Virus record (IMG/VR): IMGVR_UViG_3300025655_000022
Location: 23,178 to 87,177 of that record
DNA from: a virus
DNA length: 64,000 nt
Reading direction: 5' to 3' (one strand)
The translations under genes and the position numbers were made by a program. The notes beneath the pieces were generated by a model. It was not told the DNA's origin. It searched no databases and worked only from the letters and a program-made list of their open reading frames with translations. How positions within the stretch are numbered: position 1 is the first letter of the stretch; the number at the start of each line of letters is the position of its first letter. Positions 49,636 through 59,315 of this stretch are shown here, piece by piece.

Positions 49636-50456
49636 AAAAAATTCGACATATCAAATGTAAACGGTTGAGCATATTCATGACCACAATGTGTGCATTTGAT
49701 GTTAAGTGGTTTGAGTTCGCTTTCTGTCTTTAACTTAATAACACGATCACGTAACCGATCAAACACTTCACGATCGCAATTACGTAAAAACTCGTCGATG
49801 TGTTTGCGATCCTGTACTACTGTTTCTGGTGTTTTAATGGCAGCAATGCCTTGGCCCACTGCCTTTAGGGTGAGTTCGCCTATTTTTCGAAACGCATCAG
49901 CAAGAATATTAAGTTTTTGCTTGTCATCCATGTCAGTATTGTCAATGACTGATACCAGTTTTTGTTCTTCAAATTGAAGTACATTGTTTTCTGACATTTG
50001 TTTGTAATTTAACGGTCTGAAATAAACTTCTAAATCACCAATGATTTCAGGAGTTCTGAAATCTGGCGCTGCCAACCCTTCTATTACGGTACGCAAATCT
50101 AGTGCATATGTGGATTCTTCACCACATTTTGTACAAGTGGTGTCAATATCCATGCTGTGCCCATAACTTGCAATTCTTATGGCAACTAGTATGGAATCTA
50201 AATCAACACTGGGCACTGCCCAGGCATTTTTGATGTTTGGAACGCAACTCTGAATTACATCAACTACGGCTTGTCCATTGAACAGCGCATCTGGTGTTCG
50301 ATAGGTGATTTCATCAATGGCCGTCATGGGAAACACTGGTAGTTCATGAGTTTCAGTCATGTTTAATGTATCCTTGGCATAATATTGACCGTCACTGGGC
50401 AGTTTAATGTAAATTGCAGGGCGTCTAAAATAAGTTGTTAAAGGGTTATTTTCCAT
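49629..50456 (-). CDS. Baseplate hub/tail assembly chaperone, gp26-like
   Basis: IYIKLPSDG...PMTAIDE...DLDSILVAIRIASYG...CTKC...CTHC...NFFG; divergent from the tape-measure-like gene. Confidence 0.75.
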   Translation of the reverse strand: MENNPLTTYFRRPAIYIKLPSDGQYYAKDTLNMTETHELPVFPMTAIDEITYRTPDALFNGQAVVDVIQSCVPNIKNAWAVPSVDLDSILVAIRIASYGHSMDIDTTCTKCGEESTYALDLRTVIEGLAAPDFRTPEIIGDLEVYFRPLNYKQMSENNVLQFEEQKLVSVIDNTDMDDKQKLNILADAFRKIGELTLKAVGQGIAAIKTPETVVQDRKHIDEFLRNCDREVFDRLRDRVIKLKTESELKPLNIKCTHCGHEYAQPFTFDMSNFFG

Positions 50457-50468
50457 AGATTTTTATTC

Positions 50469-50476
50469 TATAAATA
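50469..50476 (+). promoter_or_regulatory. T4-type late promoter TATAAATA
   Basis: Exact consensus upstream of 50507; an opposing CATAAGTA lies at 50488-50495 on the minus strand. Confidence 0.75.
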
Positions 50477-50506
50477 TGTGTATTAACTACTTATGGCACA
50501 TAAAAT

Positions 50507-52630
50507 ATGGCTGATGAAAACGACGATATAGATGACAAAGCTGAACGAGCGATAGATCGCATTGAAGATCTGATCCTGGAAATGACAAAAATGCCAGGTG
50601 TTACCAAGGCACAACTGGACAGACTTGCACGATCAGCTGGCCGCGCTGCTGATGGACTGGATGAAGCTGCCCGTGTAAGCACACACATGAAAAAGTTAGC
50701 TGGTGCAATACCAGGGCTAACCGCAGGATTAAGTCGTGGAACCACTAATTTTTCACAACTAAGTGGAGTTATTTCAGGAACAATCAGTGTCATAACTGCT
50801 TTTGCAAAGAAGATTCCATATGTTGGTGGTGCTCTGGGAATTGCTGGTGATGCAATTTCAGCATCAACAGTACCCATCATTGAATCGTTTGATCGTGCAT
50901 ACTCATCATTTGAACAACTGAGTCAAATTGGTGCCATTAGTGGTGAAGGCATCGACGGCATGGTTGATAACTTTGCACAATTGGGATTACCACTGCAAAC
51001 ATATCAACAATTAGTTCAGTCAAACAGCACTAGGTTAGCGCATCTGGGTGGCACAGTTGGTGACGCGGCAGACAGTTTTACTGATGCCGCTGGTGTTATG
51101 AAACGAACCAACGCTGAAAATGCCATCAGCGAGCAAAACTTACGTAGACTGGGATTTAGTGCTGACGAAATATCAGATACCATGATACAATATGCAGACA
51201 TTCAGCGCAGAATGGGTCTGCAAGGCTACATGGATCAGCAAAAGTTGACTGAAGGAACCATAGCATATGGCAGAGAACTGGATGCCATTGCCAAGTTAAC
51301 CGGTCAAAGCCGCAAACAATTAAAAGATCAGAATGATGCAGCACTGCGTAATGCCAGATTTAACGCAAGATTACGTGAAGTAGAAGCTACACAAGGTCGC
51401 GAAGCGGCAGAAAACCTACGCATGATGAATCTGGCACTCAGTAACTACCCTGAACTGCAAAAAGGATTTCAGGATGCAGCATCAGGATTTGTTAGTACAA
51501 CTGAAGCACAGAAATTCTTTATTACCACTCAGGGACAAGGCACCCGTGTAATTGAAGGTGTGATTAATAAACAAATCGGCCTGGAACAGGGGTTAGGTTC
51601 ATTACAACAGTCAATTCAGCAAACAATCCCATATCAGCAGAGTTTAGTTAAAGCTACTGGTGATGCAAACAATGCATTTGTGAACTTTTATGAAACATCA
51701 GGGTTTGCAACGGCAGCACAAGGAGATCTTGCTGAAGCTGCTAGACGGGCACGTGACGCACAAGATCAACAGGTTAAAGATGCCAGCGATAATGCCAAAA
51801 ACTTACAAAAAGCTCGTGGAGATCTTGAACAAGCAGCAAGCAACGTTGATTTATTAATTCTAAAATTGCCTGTAGTAACAGCCACTATTGAAGAATTTTC
51901 CAATGCCATCAAAGCAGCAACCAATCAGTTACGTTACAGAAACATTGAAGGACCAGTTGGTGAAGCGCCAAGTCTGACTGGCGCCAGAATGATTGTGGAT
52001 GAGATTGCAAAAACCAATCAAATTCTGGAATCCAGTGTTGACCCAACAACAGGAAAAAACCTAACTGAAGAACAAATTGTTGATCTTGCTAACAAATTAG
52101 ATGCTCTTAAAAACGCACTGGTAGAAACCAATCAGAGAATCCGAGAAGAAACCAGTGGCGCACAAGGGTACAAAACCCCTAGAATGGATCGACCTTTCCT
52201 GAACGATGCTGAACGAGGTGCTTTCCGTGAACGTGTGATTGACAGTTTGGTTGATTTTTATCGTGCAAATCAGCCAACCACCGCAGCACCTTCAGCACCC
52301 ACCTCAAATGTAACAGAACCGCCAGCATCTGCTGTATCTGATGCACAAAATCAAGGTCTAACTGCACCAGTAGCACCACAAGCCGGTCAGGCCAGAGGTG
52401 CAGTGGTTAGTGGTCCTCGATCAGGGTATCAGACTACTTTGCATGGCACTGAAGCTGTAATACCACTTGATTCGACACGTAAAATTCCAGTTGAAATAAC
52501 TGATTCTCGTGATTCATCAGCAGCATTGCAAATGATGTCTGCACAATTAGCCAAGCTGGATGACATGGTATCAGAATTAAAACGTAACACAGACGTTAAC
52601 GAAAAGATATTCCGCACCAGATACAGCTAA
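50507..52630 (+). CDS. Tape-measure-like tail protein
   Basis: Ala/Gly/Gln-rich helical protein; C-terminal G.VVSGP.SGY...LHGTEAVIPL; next to the tail chaperone. Confidence 0.6.
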   Translation: MADENDDIDDKAERAIDRIEDLILEMTKMPGVTKAQLDRLARSAGRAADGLDEAARVSTHMKKLAGAIPGLTAGLSRGTTNFSQLSGVISGTISVITAFAKKIPYVGGALGIAGDAISASTVPIIESFDRAYSSFEQLSQIGAISGEGIDGMVDNFAQLGLPLQTYQQLVQSNSTRLAHLGGTVGDAADSFTDAAGVMKRTNAENAISEQNLRRLGFSADEISDTMIQYADIQRRMGLQGYMDQQKLTEGTIAYGRELDAIAKLTGQSRKQLKDQNDAALRNARFNARLREVEATQGREAAENLRMMNLALSNYPELQKGFQDAASGFVSTTEAQKFFITTQGQGTRVIEGVINKQIGLEQGLGSLQQSIQQTIPYQQSLVKATGDANNAFVNFYETSGFATAAQGDLAEAARRARDAQDQQVKDASDNAKNLQKARGDLEQAASNVDLLILKLPVVTATIEEFSNAIKAATNQLRYRNIEGPVGEAPSLTGARMIVDEIAKTNQILESSVDPTTGKNLTEEQIVDLANKLDALKNALVETNQRIREETSGAQGYKTPRMDRPFLNDAERGAFRERVIDSLVDFYRANQPTTAAPSAPTSNVTEPPASAVSDAQNQGLTAPVAPQAGQARGAVVSGPRSGYQTTLHGTEAVIPLDSTRKIPVEITDSRDSSAALQMMSAQLAKLDDMVSELKRNTDVNEKIFRTRYS

Positions 52631-52638
52631 ATAGTGAC

Positions 52639-54369
52639 ATGAGTTACAAAAAGCATTTCCGAGCAGCAGATACATCTGGTAGATTTAGTCCACTGGGCAA
52701 CGGCGCTACAACTTCAAATAATTCGCCAAACTTTTCATTTAGAAATTATGAGAGTGTACTGCCCGAAGTTTACACAGGACACCCAAATCGTGTTGAGCGT
52801 TATAATCAATACGAAGCCATGGACATGGACTCAGAAATTAATGCGTGCTTAGATATTATTGCAGAGTTTTGTACTCAAGAAAACGAACAAAATGGCACAG
52901 CGTTTGAAATTAACTTTAACGAAAAGCCAACCGAAAACGAAGTAAACATTATCAGACAACAACTAAAGCAATGGTCCAAGCTAAATCAATTTGACAAGCG
53001 TATTTTTAAATTGTTTCGCAATACATTAAAGTATGGCGATCAAGTTTTTATTCGTGATCCAGAAACATTTGAACTGTTCTGGATTGAACCAACCAAAGTT
53101 TCACGAGTCATCGTAAACGAAAGTGAAGGCAAACGTCCAGAACAATATGTTATTCGGGACATTAACCCTAATTTTGAAAACTTAACCGTAGCACAAAAGT
53201 CAACAAATGACTTTCAGCATAATATTCCAACTAGTGCCAATGGGCAACAGTACAATTATAATATACCTAATTCAACCGGCGCAGGAGCTCAAGGAAGATT
53301 TGAAACAGCAATGAACGAAAGTGCTGTTGATGCTAAACATGTTGTTCATTTAAGTTTAACAGAAGGGTTAGATTTCTTTTGGCCTTTTGGGCAATCAATT
53401 CTGGAAAACATTTTTAAAGTATTCAAACAGAAAGAATTACTCGAAGATGCTATTCTGATTTATCGTATTCAGAGAGCTCCTGAACGCCGTGTATTTAAAA
53501 TTGATGTAGGTAACATGCCAAGTCACATGGCTATGAGTTTTGTTGAACGTATTAAAAATGAAATTCATCAGCGTCGTATTCCTACCAAAAATGGTGGTGC
53601 CAGTGCGCTGGATGCCACATACAATCCATTATCAATCAATGAGGATTACTTCTTCCCACAAACTGCTGAAGGTCGTGGATCCAGTGTTGAAACACTGCCA
53701 GGAGGTGAAAACCTGGGTCAGATTGATGATTTAAAGTATTTTAATAACAAAATGGCACGTGGATTACGTGTGCCTAGCAGTTATCTACCAACTGGTCCAG
53801 ACGATTCAGCGACTCCGTTAAGTGATGGGCGTGTGGGAACGGCACTAATTCAAGAATATCGTTTTAATCAATACTGCCAACGACTACAAAATACACTTGT
53901 TGCTACACTTGATGACGAGTTTAAGATGTTTTTACGCTGGAGAGGCTTTAATATTGATTCAGGATTATTTGATTTAAAGTTTAACTCTCCGCAAAATTTT
54001 GCTACATTCCGCCAAGCAGAGATGGATTCTGCTCGTGTTGGTACATTCCAAGGACTAGAGCAACTACCGTATATGAGTAAGCGTTTCTTGTTAGAACGTT
54101 TCTTAGGGTTAACTGAGGAGGAAATTGTTCGCAATGAAGAATTGTGGAACGAAGAACAAGGATCGCAAGGAGACCTGAGCCCAGAAGGTTCGGATCTGCG
54201 TTCAGTAGGTATCATGCCAGGTGGTTTAGAATCAGACATAGGTAACCTATCAGCTATGGAAATGCCACCAGAAGGTGAAGAAGGAGCTGAAGTTGGCGCT
54301 GGCGAAGTTCCTCCGATGCCTAGCACAGGACCATTAGGTGGGGCAGGCGCACCCCCTCCAGAAGCATAA
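52639..54369 (+). CDS. gp20: Portal vertex protein
   Basis: LLEDAILIYRIQRAPERRVFKIDVGNMP...EDYFFP...VETLPGGENLGQIDD. Confidence 0.96.
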   Translation: MSYKKHFRAADTSGRFSPLGNGATTSNNSPNFSFRNYESVLPEVYTGHPNRVERYNQYEAMDMDSEINACLDIIAEFCTQENEQNGTAFEINFNEKPTENEVNIIRQQLKQWSKLNQFDKRIFKLFRNTLKYGDQVFIRDPETFELFWIEPTKVSRVIVNESEGKRPEQYVIRDINPNFENLTVAQKSTNDFQHNIPTSANGQQYNYNIPNSTGAGAQGRFETAMNESAVDAKHVVHLSLTEGLDFFWPFGQSILENIFKVFKQKELLEDAILIYRIQRAPERRVFKIDVGNMPSHMAMSFVERIKNEIHQRRIPTKNGGASALDATYNPLSINEDYFFPQTAEGRGSSVETLPGGENLGQIDDLKYFNNKMARGLRVPSSYLPTGPDDSATPLSDGRVGTALIQEYRFNQYCQRLQNTLVATLDDEFKMFLRWRGFNIDSGLFDLKFNSPQNFATFRQAEMDSARVGTFQGLEQLPYMSKRFLLERFLGLTEEEIVRNEELWNEEQGSQGDLSPEGSDLRSVGIMPGGLESDIGNLSAMEMPPEGEEGAEVGAGEVPPMPSTGPLGGAGAPPPEA

Positions 54370-54384
54370 AGGTTAAATAGTATT

Positions 54385-54612
54385 ATGAATTTGATGGAAA
54401 TGTTTGATCAAGCAGTATCTGGCTACCAAGATGTTCAAGATGATAACACTCAACTTGACGACGATGCCACACGTAAAACTCGTTTAACACTAAAGCAGAT
54501 TAATAAACTGCGCCGTATGCTTGACTTAAGAAACATTGAATATCGAGAAAAATTAAAGAAAATTCAAAAACAATATGCTGTACCTGCAGAAGCAATGCAG
54601 CCACCAATGTAA
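54385..54612 (+). CDS. Small head-module protein
   Basis: TRKTRLTLKQINKLR...QYA; preceded by GTTAAATA. Confidence 0.65.
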   Translation: MNLMEMFDQAVSGYQDVQDDNTQLDDDATRKTRLTLKQINKLRRMLDLRNIEYREKLKKIQKQYAVPAEAMQPPM

Positions 54613-54748
54613 GCAGAACTGACTGTATCTAGTAGTAAATTCTGACTTTTCTTGTGTTTCTTGCCATTTTTGGTGTTATATACACACATTTTTGTAAGTT
54701 ATTGTAAATACAATACACACAAAGCCATACTTTATTGGAGAACAAAAC

Positions 54749-55492
54749 ATGAACAAATTTGAGAAGCTAATTGAATACGTCATCAATGACGAAGATTCAA
54801 AAGCACAAGACCTATTCCACGAAATCGTGGTTGAGAAGTCTCGTGAAATTTACGAAAACTTAATGTCTGAAGAAGACATGGCAGAAGATGAAGTTGATGA
54901 TCTAATCGACGATATCGAAACTGACGAAGAAGGCGTTGCTGAAGCTGAAGACGACATGGAAATGGACGTTGAAATGGGCGACGATGAAGGCGAACTAGAA
55001 TCAGACGCTGACGAAGAAGAAGGCGAAAGCGAAGACAAAGTTGAAGAATTAGAAGATCGTGTTGTTGATCTAGAAGACAACATGGAAGAACTAATGGCAG
55101 AATTTGAAGCCTGGATGGCTGACGAAGCTGATGAACCAGAACATGCTGACATGGACATGGAACCAGAAATGGAAGGCATGTTTGAATCTGATGAAGAAGT
55201 TTCTGAAGATGCAGATGCAGAAGCCCTGGAAGAAGGTGTTGCACTAAAAGCTGCCCCTGCTCCAGTTAAAAGCGAAGAAGGCACAGTAAACAAGAAGTCA
55301 ACTGTGGCTGCTAATGCCGGTGCTGCAGGTGCTGAAGCAAAACCAACAATGAGTTCAGGTGAAGAAAAAGGTCGCACTGCCCCAACTGCCAAAGACATGG
55401 GCGGTACAACTCATATCGACAAACTAAGTTCTGCTCCCAAAGCCAAAATGAAAGGCGAAGAGTCAGGCACTAACACCAAAAGCACACTATAA
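54749..55492 (+). CDS. Acidic prohead core/internal protein
   Basis: Very Asp/Glu-rich; SD GGAG; lies between portal and protease like T4 gp67/gp68. Confidence 0.6.
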   Translation: MNKFEKLIEYVINDEDSKAQDLFHEIVVEKSREIYENLMSEEDMAEDEVDDLIDDIETDEEGVAEAEDDMEMDVEMGDDEGELESDADEEEGESEDKVEELEDRVVDLEDNMEELMAEFEAWMADEADEPEHADMDMEPEMEGMFESDEEVSEDADAEALEEGVALKAAPAPVKSEEGTVNKKSTVAANAGAAGAEAKPTMSSGEEKGRTAPTAKDMGGTTHIDKLSSAPKAKMKGEESGTNTKSTL

Positions 55493-55506
55493 GGACACCG
55501 AAAGGT

Positions 55507-56139
55507 ATGGCATACTTAAAAGAGAACCTAACCTTTGATGCTGCTAAGATTGTTATCGAAAGCAGCGGAGAAGGCTCTTCTAAGAACCTTTACATGAAAG
55601 GTATTTGCATCCAGGGTGGTGTAAAGAACGCCAATCAACGAGTGTATCCAGTGAATGAAATTGAAAAAGCTGTTTCAACCTTAAATGAACAAATCACAGG
55701 TGGATACAGTGTGCTTGGTGAAGTTGATCACCCAGATGACTTGAAGATTAACCTGGATCGTGTAAGCCACATGATTACCGAGATGTGGATGGACGGTCCA
55801 AATGGTTATGGTAAAATGAAAATCTTACCAACACCGATGGGACAACTAGTTACAACAATGCTGGAAAGTGGAGTTAAATTAGGAGTTTCGTCGCGTGGTA
55901 GCGGTAACGTTAACGAAGGTAATGGTCACGTTAGTGACTTTGAAATCGTTACCGTTGACGTAGTTGCTCAACCAAGTGCGCCAAATGCTTACCCAACTGC
56001 AATTTATGAAGGCTTGATGAATATGAAGCACGGACATAGATTGCACGAGATGGCAAAGGAAGCAGGTGTTGACAATAAAGTACAGAAGTATTTAAAAGAA
56101 GAGGTTAAGAAATTAATTCAAGACCTCAAATTACGTTAG
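55507..56139 (+). CDS. gp21: Prohead protease
   Basis: NANQRVYP...LGEVDHP...VSH...LGVSSRGSG...DVVAQPSAPNA. Confidence 0.95.
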   Translation: MAYLKENLTFDAAKIVIESSGEGSSKNLYMKGICIQGGVKNANQRVYPVNEIEKAVSTLNEQITGGYSVLGEVDHPDDLKINLDRVSHMITEMWMDGPNGYGKMKILPTPMGQLVTTMLESGVKLGVSSRGSGNVNEGNGHVSDFEIVTVDVVAQPSAPNAYPTAIYEGLMNMKHGHRLHEMAKEAGVDNKVQKYLKEEVKKLIQDLKLR

Positions 56140-56150
56140 GAGACTACGAA

Positions 56151-57248
56151 ATGCTTGATGCAATTAAACCATTGCTTGAAAGCGGACTGATTAGCGAAGA
56201 AGTTGGTACTGAGCTTAATGAGGCTTGGGAACAAAAAATCAACGAAGCTCGTGAAGAAGTTCGCGCAGAGCTACGCGAAGAGTTCGCACAACGCTACGAA
56301 CACGATAAAAGCGTAATGGTTGAAGCATTAGATCGCATGGTGTCAGAAGGCCTAACTAGTGAAATCGAAGCTCTAGCAGAAGAAAAAGCTGCCTTAGCTG
56401 AAGATCGCGTTAAGTTCCAAAGCAAAATGACTGAAAGTGCCGGTAAGTTTAACGACTTTATGGTTACTAAGTTAGCTGAAGAAATTAGCGAATTACGTAA
56501 AGATCGTGCAATCCAATCAGAAGGTTTTGCTAAACTAGAGAACTTTGTAATGAAGGCTCTAGCTAAGGAAATCAATGAATTTGCACAAGACAAGCGTGAC
56601 CTAGTTGAGTCTAAAGTACGTCTAGTTGCTGAAGCAAAAGATAAGCTAGAAAATCTGAAGAAGAATTTTGTTGCTGAGTCTGCTGCCAAGGTTAAGGGCG
56701 TAGTGGCCAAGCATCTATCAACTGAATTGTCTGCTCTACACGAAGACATCAAAGTTGCTCGTGAGAACAACTTTGGTCGTCGTATTTTCGAAGCGTTTGC
56801 TGCTGAATTTGGCACAACTCACTTAAATGAGAATGCCGAAATCCGTAAGCTACACGACATTATTGTAGAAAAAGACAAGAAGTTAGCTGAAGCCGTTGAA
56901 ATGACAACTAAAGCTAAGAAGCTAGTTGAATCAAAGGATCGCGAAGTACGTTTAATTAAGGAAACTAATGAACGTGCTCGTATTATGGAAGAACTACTAA
57001 CTCCGCTAAACGAAAGTAAAGCAGGCGTTATGAAGAGCCTTCTAGAAAATGTGCAGACTACTCGCTTACAGTCTGCATTTGAAAAGTATTTGCCAGCAGT
57101 TTTAGCCGAAGGTAAAGTTACTAAGTCTGAAAAAACTACACTAACTGAATCCAAGAAAGAAGTTACTGGCGATAAAACCGTTACAACAAAAGCTGAAGTT
57201 GCGCAAGACGACAACATCATCAGCATTAAAAAGTTGGCGGGGCTTTAA
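56151..57248 (+). CDS. gp22: Prohead scaffolding protein, gp22-like
   Basis: Glu/Lys-rich coiled coil between protease and major capsid genes. Confidence 0.78.
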   Translation: MLDAIKPLLESGLISEEVGTELNEAWEQKINEAREEVRAELREEFAQRYEHDKSVMVEALDRMVSEGLTSEIEALAEEKAALAEDRVKFQSKMTESAGKFNDFMVTKLAEEISELRKDRAIQSEGFAKLENFVMKALAKEINEFAQDKRDLVESKVRLVAEAKDKLENLKKNFVAESAAKVKGVVAKHLSTELSALHEDIKVARENNFGRRIFEAFAAEFGTTHLNENAEIRKLHDIIVEKDKKLAEAVEMTTKAKKLVESKDREVRLIKETNERARIMEELLTPLNESKAGVMKSLLENVQTTRLQSAFEKYLPAVLAEGKVTKSEKTTLTESKKEVTGDKTVTTKAEVAQDDNIISIKKLAGL

Positions 57249-57277
57249 TCTAAGTTGCAATTTGGAGATTATATAAA

Positions 57278-58468
57278 ATGTCACAAGAACTATTAGAAAG
57301 CCGTTGGAGCGAGACCAAAGAAGCCCTACTAGAAGGCCTAGCTGGTTCTCGCCGCAACACCATGGCAGCAGTATTAGAAAATACTCGCGGCCATTTAACA
57401 GAAAGTGCAACCGCAGGTGCAACCGCATCTGGTAACGTTGCTACACTTAACCGTGTAATTTTACCAGTTATCCGCCGTGTAATGCCAACCGTTATTGCTA
57501 ACGAAATTGTTGGTGTTCAGCCAATGACTGGTCCAGTAGGTCAGATCCACACTCTACGTGTGCGTTACGCTACTACAATGAACGACACTTCAGGTACTAA
57601 CACTGATACCACAGCAGGCGAAGAAGCTCTAAGCCCATTCAAGATTGCTACTGCATATTCTGCTGGTACTGGTGCTACCCAAGCTGATTACCGTGGTGGT
57701 CCAACAGCTACTCTAGAAGGTACTGGCGGCCGTTCAATCAGCGTACAAATTCTAAAGCAAACAGTCGAAGCTCGTACACGTAAGTTACAAGCTCGCTGGA
57801 CTTTCGAAGCTGCACAAGATGCACAAGCAATGCATGGTCTAGATGTTGAAGCAGAAATCATGGCTGCACTAGCTCAAGAAATCACTGCTGAAATCGACCA
57901 GGAAATCCTATACAGCCTACGTTCATTAGCTGCACAGGACTTCACATACAACCAAGCCACTGTTAGTGGTACTGCAACTTTCGTTGGTGATGAGCACGCA
58001 GCTCTAGCAGTTCTAATGAACCGTGCTGCTAACCAAATCGCTCAACGTACACGTCGCGGTGCTGGTAACTGGGCAGTTGTAAGCCCAGCAGCACTAACTG
58101 TTCTACAGAGTGCTACTACTTCAGCATTTGCTCGTACTACTGAAGGTGCTTTTGAAGCTCCGACTAACACTAAGTTTGTTGGTACACTAAACAGCGCAAT
58201 GAAGGTATACGTTGACAGCTATGCTAGCGACACCCAAGCTGTACTAGTTGGCTATAAAGGTTCTTCAGAAGCAGACGCAGCAGCGTTCTACTGCCCATAC
58301 ATTCCATTGATGAGCAGCGGCGTTGTACTAGATCCACAAAACTTCGAACCAGTTGTGAGCTTCATGACTCGTTACGGATATGTTGAACTAAGCAACACTG
58401 CTTCTTCGCTAGGTAACGCAGGCGACTACGTCAGCGAAATCGGCGTAAGCAACCTATCGTTCAGCTAA
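57278..58468 (+). CDS. gp23: Major capsid protein
   Basis: PVIRRVMP...VGVQPMTGPVGQI...RKLQARWTFEAAQD...FYCPYIPL...FMTRYG. Confidence 0.97.
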   Translation: MSQELLESRWSETKEALLEGLAGSRRNTMAAVLENTRGHLTESATAGATASGNVATLNRVILPVIRRVMPTVIANEIVGVQPMTGPVGQIHTLRVRYATTMNDTSGTNTDTTAGEEALSPFKIATAYSAGTGATQADYRGGPTATLEGTGGRSISVQILKQTVEARTRKLQARWTFEAAQDAQAMHGLDVEAEIMAALAQEITAEIDQEILYSLRSLAAQDFTYNQATVSGTATFVGDEHAALAVLMNRAANQIAQRTRRGAGNWAVVSPAALTVLQSATTSAFARTTEGAFEAPTNTKFVGTLNSAMKVYVDSYASDTQAVLVGYKGSSEADAAAFYCPYIPLMSSGVVLDPQNFEPVVSFMTRYGYVELSNTASSLGNAGDYVSEIGVSNLSFS

Positions 58469-58487
58469 TAGTTTTACTATTACTAAC

Positions 58488-58513
58488 AAAAAAGCCCCGC
58501 AAGGGGCTTTTTT
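58488..58513 (+). terminator. Intrinsic terminator after the capsid gene
   Basis: AAAAAAGCCCC-GCAA-GGGGCTTTTTT. Confidence 0.9.
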
Positions 58514-58526
58514 ATTGAGTGTACAT

Positions 58527-58600
58527 CATAAATAATATTGTTCATAGTAACTTATGCAGTTTTGCCACTGCGTATGGCCTAGAACGTCACATTAAGGAGA
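58527..58600 (+). promoter_or_regulatory. Late promoter CATAAATA plus structured 5' leader
   Basis: Promoter 58527-58534; hairpin TATGCAGT/ACTGCGTA; GTTC/GAAC pairing; SD AAGGAG. Confidence 0.6.
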
Positions 58601-58606
58601 AAACAA

Positions 58607-59242
58607 ATGGCAAGAGCATTAAAAACACAAAAAACCAACACAGTTGATTCTGGTTTTCCATGGGTTGATCTGTACAATATTGGCGTAGTTGGTGGTAACA
58701 CTGCATTAACTGGTGCACAAATCAAAACTCGCGTTAAAATTGGTTCTGCTTCTGAAGCAGACGGTTACATTATTCGTCAGAAAGGTGCCAAGAAGTTTTT
58801 GGTAACTGACGCCGCTAGCGTAAGTGCTGGTAGCTTTGTTGTCGGCCAATCATATATCGTTTTGACAGCAGGCAATACTGATTTCCAGGCAATTGGCGCT
58901 GATGCATCCTATGCAGCAGGTACAATTTTTACTGCAACTGGCGCTGGTACTGGTACTGGCACAGCAGCTCGCGTGGGCACATGTGTGCTGAGCGATCTGG
59001 CAGATGGTAGCTTGACCGCAGATACCATGACTGTGTCTGTTATTGAAACAGATTCAGGTGTAATTCGTCTGGCACGTATCAGCAACAAATGGGGCGTCGG
59101 CTTCGATGGTGTACAACGTGCATTATCATTCACTGACTTTGCTGATTCATCCGTGGGCACACAAGCTGAAACTATTAAATCAGGTACCAAAGATCTGTAC
59201 GTGGAAATCGTTCAGGTTGATAACGATTATACCTGGGGTTAA
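58607..59242 (+). CDS. Virion (head decoration-like) protein
   Basis: Directly after the capsid gene; GYIIRQKG..KFLV; internal AGSFVVGQSYIV..GNTDF..IGA...GTIFTATG repeat-type module. Confidence 0.55.
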   Translation: MARALKTQKTNTVDSGFPWVDLYNIGVVGGNTALTGAQIKTRVKIGSASEADGYIIRQKGAKKFLVTDAASVSAGSFVVGQSYIVLTAGNTDFQAIGADASYAAGTIFTATGAGTGTGTAARVGTCVLSDLADGSLTADTMTVSVIETDSGVIRLARISNKWGVGFDGVQRALSFTDFADSSVGTQAETIKSGTKDLYVEIVQVDNDYTWG

Positions 59243-59279
59243 TATTTAATTAACGTTAAGATAATTTTACTTGACTAAT

Positions 59280-59315
59280 ATCCCTCTAAGATACATACAC
59301 TTAGAGGGATTTTTT
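59280..59315 (+). promoter_or_regulatory. Hairpin (terminator and/or RBS-sequestering)
   Basis: ATCCCTCTAAG-ATACATACA-CTTAGAGGGAT-TTTTT directly before ATG 59316. Confidence 0.7.

Noticed and set aside
53868-57428. Long antisense ORFs opposite the portal, core and scaffold genes (and similar ones opposite tail genes)
   Set aside because: They are shadows of codon bias in strong sense genes: Ser/Leu-rich, with no motifs or RBS.
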